Part shown: one piece after another, positions 27,225 to 36,796 of the stretch | How the letters are laid out: each line of letters opens with the position of its first letter | Numbering within the stretch: position 1 is the first letter of the stretch | Origin: Patescibacteria group bacterium | GTDB lineage: Bacteria; Patescibacteriota; Microgenomatia; Levybacterales; UBA12049 | DNA: 64,000 nt | Assembly (NCBI GenBank): GCA_026004395.1 | Contig: BPJB01000001.1 | Coordinates: 327,343 to 391,342 of the forward strand | Direction of reading: 5' to 3' | Made by a program: the position numbers and the translations under genes | Notes under the pieces: model-generated | What the model was told of the DNA's origin: nothing | Database searches by the model: none | The model's input: only the letters and a program-made list of their open reading frames with translations

Positions 27225-28286
27225 ATGAATGAAATATTAACATTAGTCTCTCCACAGAGATTGAAAATATTTTTTACGTCATTTCTGATAACATTTATTG
27301 TTGTATCTCTTCAGCTTGTTGGGATAGATTTGCCTCATTTTACAAACTCTATTTCTAAAGAAAAACCAGATGTTTTTGAGCAAAGAATAATACCACTACT
27401 TAAGGTAAATGAGAATAATTTTTTTCTTAAACGATCATCTCAATTTATCAAAGATGTTCATGCATCTAATCCTTGGGATGAAGCTCATGCATTCCTTGTT
27501 GTTGATATGGATAATGGTAATATTATTGCTGAGAAAAATGCCAGTCAGAAATTGCCTGTTGCTTCTCTAACAAAAATTATGACAGCGCTTGTTGCTTTGG
27601 ATCTTAGCTCTCCTGATGAACTCTTTACCGTGTCAGAAAGTGCTGCTTCGCAGATTCCCACAAAAATTGGTGTTGTTGCAGGACAAAAAATGACACTTGA
27701 GGAATTATTGCATGCGGTAATGTTAACTTCTGCAAACGATGCAGCGGAGGTCATACGTGAGGGTATAGATAAAAAATACAGAACTAAGGTCTTTGTGCGT
27801 GCTATGAATAAGAAAGCAGAGTTTTTGGGATTAAGAAATACTCATTTTACAAATCCACAAGGTTTTGATGCGCCCGATCAATTTAGTACAGCTGAAGATT
27901 TAGCTAGGCTGACACAATATGCACTCACGCATTATCCATTTTTTGCTCAGATAGTTAAAAAAGAATATATTTATCTTGAAAAGAACAAATACCACAAACA
28001 GTTTGATCTTTATAACTGGAATGGGTTGATAGGTGTTTATCCTGATGTGTTAGGGGTTAAGATTGGTAATACTGATGCTGCAAAGAAAACCACAATTGTT
28101 GTTGCAAAACGTCAAGGTAAGACTATTCTTGTTGTTTTGCTTGGTGCACCTTCAATACTTGATAGGGATTTATGGGCAGCTGAACTGTTGAATATTGGTT
28201 TTAAACGAACTTTAGGTTTGGAATCTATTCCGATTACAGATGAGATGCTTCGTGAAAAGTACGCAAGATGGAACTATTGGAACTGA
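27225..28286 (+). CDS. D-alanyl-D-alanine carboxypeptidase, peptidase S11 family
   Basis: PVASLTKIMT (SxxK), SAND (SxN), FTNPQG, and KIG in the KTG position; N-terminal TM. Confidence 0.9.
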   Translation: MNEILTLVSPQRLKIFFTSFLITFIVVSLQLVGIDLPHFTNSISKEKPDVFEQRIIPLLKVNENNFFLKRSSQFIKDVHASNPWDEAHAFLVVDMDNGNIIAEKNASQKLPVASLTKIMTALVALDLSSPDELFTVSESAASQIPTKIGVVAGQKMTLEELLHAVMLTSANDAAEVIREGIDKKYRTKVFVRAMNKKAEFLGLRNTHFTNPQGFDAPDQFSTAEDLARLTQYALTHYPFFAQIVKKEYIYLEKNKYHKQFDLYNWNGLIGVYPDVLGVKIGNTDAAKKTTIVVAKRQGKTILVVLLGAPSILDRDLWAAELLNIGFKRTLGLESIPITDEMLREKYARWNYWN

Positions 28287-28471
28287 CAGGAAATAGTGTG
28301 AATAAGAATTTTGTTTATGTTTAACAAATTTTAAAGAAACTTTTAAAGTAAGCATGGTTTCAGAATGCAGTTTTAGTAATTGTATTGATTCTAATATCCT
28401 CTCTCTAACAAAACTAGCATAATTAAAAAAAAGAATTAGTTAAGAACATCTCTATATGCTAAAATTTTAAC

Positions 28472-28822
28472 ATGTCAACTATTCTTCTTGCAGAAGATGA
28501 TTCAGCAATTATTGAAATTGTGACCTATATTCTTCAAGGATCAGGATTTTCAGTTGTTTCAATTACAACCTCAGATGAGGTATTGGCTTATCTTAAGAAA
28601 CATAAACCATCATTAATACTTCTTGATATAAGCTTGGAAGGAGAAAAGATTGCCAGAAAAATAAAGCGTGATCCATCTACTGCTAAAATTCCTCTTCTTA
28701 TACTCTCGGCAAATCCAGAGACAGAAACAATAGCCAAAGCAACTGGAGCTGATGGTTTTCTACAAAAGCCATTTGATATGGAAGAACTTATTGCAACTGT
28801 TTCACGTTACGTTGTTTCCTAA
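28472..28822 (+). CDS. Single-domain response regulator
   Basis: LAEDD, LILLD, ILSA and FLQKPF receiver motifs. Confidence 0.92.
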   Translation: MSTILLAEDDSAIIEIVTYILQGSGFSVVSITTSDEVLAYLKKHKPSLILLDISLEGEKIARKIKRDPSTAKIPLLILSANPETETIAKATGADGFLQKPFDMEELIATVSRYVVS

Positions 28823-28891
28823 GTAAATTTTCTTCTTGAGAGCCTAAAGGGAGTATAGAGATTAATTACAAATTTTAATTATTAATTAATA

Positions 28892-29812
28892 TCATAGCCA
28901 ATCTTTTCTAAAGAAAATAATAACTAAAATTAATGCAATAAAAATTGTGATCGCAACTATTGCATGAAAAGCCAACGGTGATTGGGAAAAAGGAAGTCGA
29001 ACATTCATACCATAAAACGTACCAATTATTGTGGGGATTGTAAGAATAACAGTTAAAGAAGTGAATAATTTAATAATCCTGTTTAAGTTATTGGTCAAAA
29101 TAGTTGAGTATGCCTCTCGAATATTGACTATTGTGCGTAAATTTTCCTTTGTAATTTGAACTAGTTGATTACATGCTAAAGCTACATCCTCCAGCAAATC
29201 CCGTTCCACATCGGTGAGATGAAATATTTTTCTATTTAATAAACTGTTATATACGGCTTCCATTCTCACAAGTGAGGTATTAAAGTCATAGAGAACATTC
29301 TCTATATTTACAAATTGTACGATATCTCTGTTTCTTACGTTTTCAAAGCTCATTGTGAAGGTACGAAGTTTCTTAGTAAGGTTTTTTAGATATTGATTAT
29401 ATGTCTCGTTAATTTGGCTAAAAATGCGAAAAAGTAGGAGAATTTTATGGGTAGTACTAAAGTCAATTTTTCCGCTTAAAAAAAGCTCTAGCCGTTGAAA
29501 AGGAATTTGTGTAATGGTGATAATGCAGTTGTCTTTTAAAATAAGTAGTATAGGAGTCGTGTCAATTTGATCATTACTTACGTACGCAAAGCGCAAAAAT
29601 ACGTAAAGAATATTGTCTTCAATATCAAAACGAGGAACTTCATGTATATCTTCAGCATCGTGAAGATGACCTGCATCTAATCCAAATTCATTAATTAACC
29701 TCTCTACGTCTTCAGAGGTAGGGTTTTCCACATAGACCCATGAATTGTTCTTGAACTTATCAAGTATTGTTACCTTTTTGTCTTTGGAAGTCTTATAAAA
29801 AAATTTAATCAT
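28892..29812 (-). CDS. corA: CorA family Mg2+ transporter
   Basis: YGMNV signature between two C-terminal TMs. Confidence 0.92.
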   Translation of the reverse strand: MIKFFYKTSKDKKVTILDKFKNNSWVYVENPTSEDVERLINEFGLDAGHLHDAEDIHEVPRFDIEDNILYVFLRFAYVSNDQIDTTPILLILKDNCIITITQIPFQRLELFLSGKIDFSTTHKILLLFRIFSQINETYNQYLKNLTKKLRTFTMSFENVRNRDIVQFVNIENVLYDFNTSLVRMEAVYNSLLNRKIFHLTDVERDLLEDVALACNQLVQITKENLRTIVNIREAYSTILTNNLNRIIKLFTSLTVILTIPTIIGTFYGMNVRLPFSQSPLAFHAIVAITIFIALILVIIFFRKDWL

Positions 29813-29964
29813 ATATAGGATACTTATTTTAGCACTACTTGCCTTAAGAGTGAAGATAGAGCACTGGAAACCTATATCAGTAAGACAAATTACATGCAAA
29901 GCGATTCATTTTTTATAGGATAAACATAACACGAATGCTAGATCAGGTAAAAGAAATTAGGTAA

Positions 29965-29988
29965 CTTTGTCTTTGCATAAAGACAAAG
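29965..29988. repeat. Perfect 10-bp inverted repeat between divergent corA and lon
   Basis: CTTTGTCTTT-GCAT-AAAGACAAAG. Confidence 0.7.
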
Positions 29989-30008
29989 GAATGCAATAAT
30001 TTTGAGGG

Positions 30009-30042
30009 TTGACATCTAGCACTATCTATGATAGAGTGCTAA
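30009..30042 (+). promoter_or_regulatory. Sigma70 promoter overlapped by a CIRCE element (HrcA operator)
   Basis: TTGACA 30009-14, 17 bp, TAGAGT 30032-37; CTAGCACTA-N9-GAGTGCTAA 30016-42 versus consensus TTAGCACTC-N9-GAGTGCTAA. Confidence 0.85.
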
Positions 30043-30064
30043 TACTTAGAAAAACTGTAAAAAT

Positions 30065-32467
30065 ATGGATACAAAAATAGAGAAAGTAGTACCAGTTATT
30101 CCCATTAGAGACGGAATTATCTTTCCGAACACAGATTCCGTACTCACCTTCGGAAGACCCAAAAGCTTAGCTGCTCTTGAGTCATCATATACACAAGAGA
30201 GAATAGTTTGTTTTGTTCTCCAGAAGAACTCTAGAATCAATGACCCCTCACCAGAAGATTTATACACAGTTGGCACCCTCTCACGAATCGAACGAATGAT
30301 CCGTGCAGATGGAGAAATAAATGCACAAGTGAGAGGTCTATCACGTGTAAAAATTCTTTCTTACGAAAAACAAGATGCATTTTTTGTAGCACGAGTTGTT
30401 GAACTGGAAGAAGAGGTTGAGAATAGTCCTGAAGTAACTGCTCTTTGCAACCACCTTACAAATGAATTCAGACGAGCGATGAATTTTGGTAAGTCAGCAG
30501 ATTTTCTTGTTTTTATGAATATTATGTCTGAGAATTCTCCCTCTGAGTTGTCAGATTTGATAGCTTCAGCACTTGATCTCAAGCCCCAGGAGCGTCAAGA
30601 ACTTCTTGAAATGACCAATGTTAAAGAAAGACTGCAAAAATTAGTTGAGCTTCTTGCCAAGGAAATCAAGGTACTTGAGCTTGAGAGAAGAATTGCATCC
30701 AAGACACAGGAAAGATTTGAGAAAGGCGCAAGAGAAGCAATATTACGCGAAAGACTCAAAACTATAGAAAAAGAACTTGGAGAAGATGAAGGAGCAAGTG
30801 AAATTAAAGAACTTCTTAAGAAAATAAAAGAGGCGAAGATGCCTGAAGATGTTGAGGAAAAAGCCGAGAAGGAAGTAAAAAAACTTCAGAATATGAATCA
30901 GTTCAATCCTGAAGCAGGTTATATCCGCAATTATATTGATTGGCTTGTCAGCCTACCTTGGAGTATTGAGAGTAAAAGTGAGATAGATATTAAAACAGCA
31001 GAGAACATTCTTAATGAGGATCATTATGGACTTCCTAAAGTAAAAGAGCGAATTTTGGAGTATCTTGCAGTTCAGAAGCTTGCCGGTAAAATGAAAAGTC
31101 CAATTCTTTGTTTTGTTGGACCACCTGGTGTTGGAAAGACATCACTAGGTAAATCAATTGCTCGAGCTCTAGGTAGAAAGTTTATCCGTGTATCACTTGG
31201 TGGTATTCGTGATGAAGCTGAGATCAGAGGACATAGAAGAACATATGTGGGAGCTCTGCCAGGAAGAATTATCCAAGGTATTAAAGATGCTGGAACAAAA
31301 AATCCTGTTTTTATGCTCGATGAAATTGATAAAGTAGGTGCAGACTTCAGAGGTGATCCATCAAGCGCTCTTTTGGAGGCACTGGATCCTGAACAGAACT
31401 CTGAATTTTCAGATCACTATCTAGAAGTGCCATTTGATCTCTCAAACGTTATGTTCATTACTACAGCAAATGTTTTAGATACAATTCCACCAGCTCTTCG
31501 TGATCGTTTGGAGATCATTCATTTTGCTGGATATACTCATGATGAGAAGTTTCATATCGCAAAACAGTTCTTACTAAAGAAGCAAAGGGAAGCTCATGGA
31601 CTTAAAGAAAAGAATATAACAATTACTGACGCTGCAATTAACTTTGTCATTAATCACTATACAAGAGAAGCAGGAGTTAGAAATCTTGAGAGAAGGATTG
31701 CTACTATATTTAGGAAGGTTGCAAGAAAAGTTGCAGAAGGAAAGAAAGGCAGAATCATTATTGATGAAAAGGATATTCCCAAATATCTTGGACCTATTAA
31801 ATATAGTGGGACACTAATTGAAAAAGAGGATCAGATTGGGATGTCAACAGGCCTTGCGTGGACAGAAGCAGGAGGAGATATTCTCTTCATCGAAGTTGCT
31901 CTCATGCCAGGAAAAGGCTCATTAATTCTGACAGGTCAGCTAGGAGATGTTATGAAAGAATCGTGTCAGGCAGCACTTTCCTATATCAGAGCCAGAGCAT
32001 CGCAATTTGGTATTCCTGATAAGGTATTCCAGAAAACTGATATTCATGTCCATGTACCTGAGGGAGCAGTTCCCAAGGATGGACCATCAGCTGGTCTTGC
32101 AATCACGACGGCAATTGTATCAGCTTTGACAAAAATTCCTGTTAAGCGCACAGTAGGTATGACTGGTGAAATTACACTAAGAGGTCGAGCTCTTGAAATC
32201 GGTGGGGTGAAAGAAAAAGTAATTGCCGCCCATAGAGCAGGACTAAAAACTATCATTATGCCAAAAGACAATAAAAAAGATCTTGAAGAGGTACCAAAGG
32301 AAGTTCTCAGAGACATAAAGTTCAGATTTGTCACTCATATGGATGAGGTCCTTGAGATTGCACTGGCAAAACCGCTAAAAGTTAATTACAAGAAAGCAGA
32401 TGAGGAGAGGAGAATGGAGTCTTCACATTCAGTCCTCACTATCCATCAATCATATAAATCTAACTGA
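30065..32467 (+). CDS. lon: ATP-dependent Lon protease
   Basis: GPPGVGKTS, HRRTYVGA, LDEIDK, PKDGPSAG (catalytic Ser) and IGGVKEK (catalytic Lys). Confidence 0.98.
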   Translation: MDTKIEKVVPVIPIRDGIIFPNTDSVLTFGRPKSLAALESSYTQERIVCFVLQKNSRINDPSPEDLYTVGTLSRIERMIRADGEINAQVRGLSRVKILSYEKQDAFFVARVVELEEEVENSPEVTALCNHLTNEFRRAMNFGKSADFLVFMNIMSENSPSELSDLIASALDLKPQERQELLEMTNVKERLQKLVELLAKEIKVLELERRIASKTQERFEKGAREAILRERLKTIEKELGEDEGASEIKELLKKIKEAKMPEDVEEKAEKEVKKLQNMNQFNPEAGYIRNYIDWLVSLPWSIESKSEIDIKTAENILNEDHYGLPKVKERILEYLAVQKLAGKMKSPILCFVGPPGVGKTSLGKSIARALGRKFIRVSLGGIRDEAEIRGHRRTYVGALPGRIIQGIKDAGTKNPVFMLDEIDKVGADFRGDPSSALLEALDPEQNSEFSDHYLEVPFDLSNVMFITTANVLDTIPPALRDRLEIIHFAGYTHDEKFHIAKQFLLKKQREAHGLKEKNITITDAAINFVINHYTREAGVRNLERRIATIFRKVARKVAEGKKGRIIIDEKDIPKYLGPIKYSGTLIEKEDQIGMSTGLAWTEAGGDILFIEVALMPGKGSLILTGQLGDVMKESCQAALSYIRARASQFGIPDKVFQKTDIHVHVPEGAVPKDGPSAGLAITTAIVSALTKIPVKRTVGMTGEITLRGRALEIGGVKEKVIAAHRAGLKTIIMPKDNKKDLEEVPKEVLRDIKFRFVTHMDEVLEIALAKPLKVNYKKADEERRMESSHSVLTIHQSYKSN

Positions 32468-32494
32468 CCGCGTTTTATTTGTTATACTTAGTGT

Positions 32495-33052
32495 ATGATA
32501 GCGCGGCGGCAGCGAAAATTCATCTATGATTTAATAATTGTTGTCTTCAGTATTTTTCTTGCTGTTTTACTGGCTGTTACAGGAACACTGGATGCATTTA
32601 TTAAACTTTTCAATTTTTCATATCTTTTAACCGCATTTTTCGCAGGAATATTTTTTACTTCAATTTTTACGACGGCTATTGGATCAGCTGCATTTGTTGT
32701 CTTGGGAATAGATGGATACAATCCTTTGACTGTTGGGGTTGTGGGAGGTATGGGGGCACTTGTTGGTGATACGATTATTTTCAAATTTGTCAGAAACGAT
32801 TTGCAAGCTGATCTAGCCTATCTTTTCCGATTGCGCAAACAAAAATCATTGCGTAAGCTTGCGACAGCTCCTTTTATTCATTTTTTACTACCTATTCTGG
32901 GGGGATTTATCATCGCATCCCCACTACCTGATGAGCTGGGAGTGACTCTACTTGCTTTGTCTCATATTCCAACACGCTATTTTTCACTAATTTCTTTTTT
33001 ATTTAATACTTTAGGAATAGCTTTGATCGTTCGCTTTGGCAATATTCTTTAG
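32495..33052 (+). CDS. Membrane protein, DedA/VTT-like
   Basis: GALVGDTIIF..VR and SPLPDELG resemble DedA-superfamily motifs; multiple TMs. Confidence 0.55.
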   Translation: MIARRQRKFIYDLIIVVFSIFLAVLLAVTGTLDAFIKLFNFSYLLTAFFAGIFFTSIFTTAIGSAAFVVLGIDGYNPLTVGVVGGMGALVGDTIIFKFVRNDLQADLAYLFRLRKQKSLRKLATAPFIHFLLPILGGFIIASPLPDELGVTLLALSHIPTRYFSLISFLFNTLGIALIVRFGNIL

Positions 33053-33062
33053 ATAAAAAATT

Positions 33063-34688
33063 ATGCAATCTTGCTTTGGACTTCACAAGAAAACTGTTAA
33101 ATTATCTTTTCCAATTATTCTTATTTTTTTCTCACTGATTCTTCTTTTACCATTCTACTCAGGAAGCTTTTATCTAAATCATGACGCAGAGGTGCATTTA
33201 GTTAGATCAGTTGAATACATGAGAGCATTTCTTGATGGACAGCTCCCACCCCGCTGGGCTCCCAATCTTAACTTCGGTTTTGGGTCTCCAGTATTTATTA
33301 TATTTTACCCCTTAGCTGGATACCTAATCGCTTTATTACATTTGTTAGGGTTGTCACTTGAACATTCATTTCTGATTCTTGCAGGGATGGCATTTATTCT
33401 TGGACCGCTAGGATTTTTTTTATGGTTGAGAGAGAAATATGACGATTTCACAGCATTTCTTGCAGCTCTTTTTTATAGTGTTATTCCTTATAGATTTTTA
33501 ACGCTTTATGTGAGAGGGTCAATTGGAGAGCTTATTGCATTAAGCTTGATACCTTTTATTTTTTATTGTCTTGAATCAAGGAGATCAAAAATACTTGTTG
33601 GTGGAATTCTTTATGGATTGCTTGTTCTTTCTCACAATGGATTGAGTCTTATTTTTACTCCGATTTTTATTCTTTATTCTCTTTTTATAGCGAAAAAACA
33701 TAAAGAAATACTCTTGATGCTTGTTATTGGTTTGGGTTTGTCTTCATATTTTTGGATACCTGCACTTATTGAATCAAAATATACAAGTTTTCTTTTATAT
33801 TACAAAAATATGTATCGTGATAATTTTATATCTTTTCTATCGCTTATCTATTCTCCTTGGGGATTTGAGACGCGTATTAATGAACAAGGAGGACTTTCAG
33901 CGCAAATTGGTGTCCCCGGAATTGTTATATTAATAAGCGTGACAGTAATGATGTTTTTTAGAAGAGATAAAAAACAGACTTCATTTTTTCTTTTTTGGCT
34001 GGCAATTTTCCTAATTGGAATTTTTCTTTCCACTGCTTTGTCTTCTTCGCTTTGGGAGAAATTTGATTTCTTAAAAAAGTTTCAGTTTCCATGGAGATTT
34101 TTAGTTATTTCAAGTTTTGCAACTTCTGCGATTAGTCCAATTCTCTTTTCTAATACAAGTAAGCGTATAGCCTTAGTAATAATAGCGTTATGTATTGTGT
34201 ATTCTTTGCCTTTTATAAAAGTACAAAAATATATTACTAGAGGAGATAATTATTACTATTCTTATCAAGGCAGCAGTACTCATCGAGCAGAGGCAACTCC
34301 AATTTGGTCACCAGGAGATCCAAGCAGAAAAGCTTTGTCTCGATTGGAAATAATAGGAGGTCAAGGGATACTGAAAAATGTACACTTACAATCAACAAAA
34401 CATAGCTTCATAGTACTTTCTAGGACAGGAGTAGCAATTCTTGATAACACATTGTATTTTCCAGGATGGACACTACGAATTGATGGTCAGAAAACACCTC
34501 TAGAATTTCAAGATCCGAATCATCAAGGATTGATTACTTTTCATGTGCCTGCAGGTGAGCATACTGTAGAGGTGGCTTTTGAAAACACAAAAGTTCGTTT
34601 GGTGGGGAATATTATCTCTTTTGTTTCCATTCTCGCGGTTGTGGGATATGTATTTGCTTTAAAACTTAAAAATTTTAATATGAGATAA
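33063..34688 (+). CDS. GT-C membrane protein (PTPS-related/YfhO-like family)
   Basis: NHD..H, PRWAPNLNFGFG.P, YVRG, QFPWRF and YFPGW motifs. Confidence 0.82.
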   Translation: MQSCFGLHKKTVKLSFPIILIFFSLILLLPFYSGSFYLNHDAEVHLVRSVEYMRAFLDGQLPPRWAPNLNFGFGSPVFIIFYPLAGYLIALLHLLGLSLEHSFLILAGMAFILGPLGFFLWLREKYDDFTAFLAALFYSVIPYRFLTLYVRGSIGELIALSLIPFIFYCLESRRSKILVGGILYGLLVLSHNGLSLIFTPIFILYSLFIAKKHKEILLMLVIGLGLSSYFWIPALIESKYTSFLLYYKNMYRDNFISFLSLIYSPWGFETRINEQGGLSAQIGVPGIVILISVTVMMFFRRDKKQTSFFLFWLAIFLIGIFLSTALSSSLWEKFDFLKKFQFPWRFLVISSFATSAISPILFSNTSKRIALVIIALCIVYSLPFIKVQKYITRGDNYYYSYQGSSTHRAEATPIWSPGDPSRKALSRLEIIGGQGILKNVHLQSTKHSFIVLSRTGVAILDNTLYFPGWTLRIDGQKTPLEFQDPNHQGLITFHVPAGEHTVEVAFENTKVRLVGNIISFVSILAVVGYVFALKLKNFNMR

Positions 34689-36426
34689 TGAATTTTTCGC
34701 AAAATGTCTTTATATTAAGTTTTTCAACAAAAAGATGTGTTAAAGTAACGTCTGATATGTAATTTTTTGTTGGCATCTTATCACAAAGTACATCGTTATA
34801 AATTGCAAATGCTCCACCACTATCTTTAAGATGTGCAATAGTACGCTGAGATTTGTCTATTTTGACATCGCAAAGTGATTCGTAAATTACAGTGGCATCT
34901 TTTAACGTTTTAGGACTAGAGCATTGGACAAATGTGATATTGGGAATTTCATATATTCTTTTTTGGATTAGATTATTTATTTGGGGGATATTTTTTTTGG
35001 TGTAGATTCCTGAATAGAACAAGTATTCTCTAAAAAGTAATAAAGGATTGCTTGCATGGACTACGATTTGTTGATTTTGCGATGATGCAAGACTTACATA
35101 TCGTGCAAATACTCTATTGGGGAAGATCAAAATATTATCATTTAGTGGAAATTGGTAAAAATAAATGACTAGAAAATTTAAAAATAACAGGGAATAGATG
35201 CAAAAGATACCGATTGTAACAATTGAAGAATACCATTTGTTTTGCAAAGAGTTGATAAGAGTATATAAGCCGTATGCAATTATTATTAATAAAAGTGGAA
35301 TAAAGAGTGCTAAATGAGGAGTGAAGTTGCCATCGCCTTTGGGATTATGAAATACTTGAGGAAATGTTGATATAACAATAAGCGCTAGGAAAAATAACGA
35401 ACGTTTTTTATTACTTTGGAAAAAACTTACTATGCCAATCAGGAGAAAAAAAGCATCAAGATAATAGAATAATCCATGTCTTCCCAATGAAAAAAAGTAG
35501 TCGCCTGTTCCAAAAAGATATGTAGGAGAGGTTAAGTTGAAAATATTTGCAATTAGAGTTTGGAGATATAGCGTGTATTTATTTTCAAAAAACTTAATTA
35601 ACGGTGATGAGAGAGAAGATTGTCGTATATTATTAACTTCTTCAGCAAGATGCGTATGGTTGGGAAGAAAAATGTCTCCCATTCTTGATGCTTCAGGCTG
35701 GGCATTGAGTTGGTAAATAAATATGCCAACAATCATTATGGCTACTCCAAGAATAGCAATATAATAAGTTTTATAGCGTTTTTTGTGTATAACAAAAAAA
35801 GAGTAAACGGCACAGAGAATTATAAAAGGAAGAAATATCAGTTTCGTCCCAATATAAGAATAGAAAGCAAGGAGCATCGCAGGGATTGCAAGAAGAAGAT
35901 AGGGTCCTTTAGCTTTTAAGAGTATATACAGCGTTAAAATGTAGAAGAACGTCGCTGGCACGACTTCGTATGCAGTCCTTCCACTAAAAATAAACCAGGG
36001 ATTAATAGAACTTAACGCTGCAGCGATAATCCCAAATTTTTTATCTACAAGTTCTTTTCCGAGAAAATACATTAAGATCACAATTCCTACACTTAGGATA
36101 GCGTTGGGCAGCGCAGCTGTTGCAAGAGATAGTCCCAATGGCCCAACGCTAAGAAGAGTTAGTAAGTAAGGAAGTTCTGCTTGCATGCCTGCCCACTGAG
36201 GATAATGAAAAAGAAAAATATCCAAAAGTGTTGTATTACCACTAATATCTTTTCCTGTTTCATAAAAAGATTTTGCATCCAGAAGATAGTGCAGTTGGTC
36301 AAAACTGGTAGCGCTTGGTACATTGTTCAGCAGAAAGAATCTCGTAAAAACACTAATAAGAATAATTGCAAGAAAAAAACTATTCCTTTTTAGCAAGAGA
36401 TAAATATACACAACAATATTATACAT
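34675..36426 (-). CDS. GT-C membrane glycosyltransferase (PMT_2/ArnT-like)
   Basis: N-terminal TM, FDQ..Y...AKS..ETGKD loop, INPW...GR; many TMs. Confidence 0.78.
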   Translation of the reverse strand: MYNIVVYIYLLLKRNSFFLAIILISVFTRFFLLNNVPSATSFDQLHYLLDAKSFYETGKDISGNTTLLDIFLFHYPQWAGMQAELPYLLTLLSVGPLGLSLATAALPNAILSVGIVILMYFLGKELVDKKFGIIAAALSSINPWFIFSGRTAYEVVPATFFYILTLYILLKAKGPYLLLAIPAMLLAFYSYIGTKLIFLPFIILCAVYSFFVIHKKRYKTYYIAILGVAIMIVGIFIYQLNAQPEASRMGDIFLPNHTHLAEEVNNIRQSSLSSPLIKFFENKYTLYLQTLIANIFNLTSPTYLFGTGDYFFSLGRHGLFYYLDAFFLLIGIVSFFQSNKKRSLFFLALIVISTFPQVFHNPKGDGNFTPHLALFIPLLLIIIAYGLYTLINSLQNKWYSSIVTIGIFCIYSLLFLNFLVIYFYQFPLNDNILIFPNRVFARYVSLASSQNQQIVVHASNPLLLFREYLFYSGIYTKKNIPQINNLIQKRIYEIPNITFVQCSSPKTLKDATVIYESLCDVKIDKSQRTIAHLKDSGGAFAIYNDVLCDKMPTKNYISDVTLTHLFVEKLNIKTFCEKFIISY

Positions 36427-36573
36427 GCAATAAACTTATTTTTAATTCCAATATTCGAAATTGAAAATAATAATATCTTAGCAGTATGAAGCGATATGAA
36501 ATTTAGTTGGAACATTTTGATATATATAGTAGTTTGTTTACATTTATGTAGGCAATAAATTGAAGTGGAAATG

Positions 36574-36646
36574 TGACCCCACGGGAATTCGAATCCCGGT
36601 TTTCAGGATGAGAACCTGATGTCCTAGACCACTAGACGATGGGGCC
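36574..36646 (-). tRNA. tRNA-Glu (anticodon CTC); CCA not encoded
   Basis: GGCCCCA/TGGGGTC acceptor stem; TCAGG-TTCTCAT-CCTGA anticodon arm; CGGGA-TTCGAAT-TCCCG T-arm. Confidence 0.96.
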
Positions 36647-36796
36647 AACAAAAAATATTGATCCAGTTTAAAAGTTACAAACTTGTAGATATTTTAGCGT
36701 AAGTATGCTTAATAAGCAAACAAATAGCAAATAGCAACTTATTGAAAAATTTTCAGTAACTATTCATGTTTGCTCATCTGGTGTATAATTTGAGTT

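Noticed and set aside
33063-34688. Pterin or queuosine biosynthesis implied by the 'PTPS-related' family name
   Set aside because: These are polytopic GT-C-like membrane proteins in a glycosylation locus with no T-fold enzyme motifs
36574-36646. tRNA-Glu as the integration site of a glycosylation island
   Set aside because: No integrase and no duplicated tRNA 3' end seen in the window; GT-C genes lie on both sides
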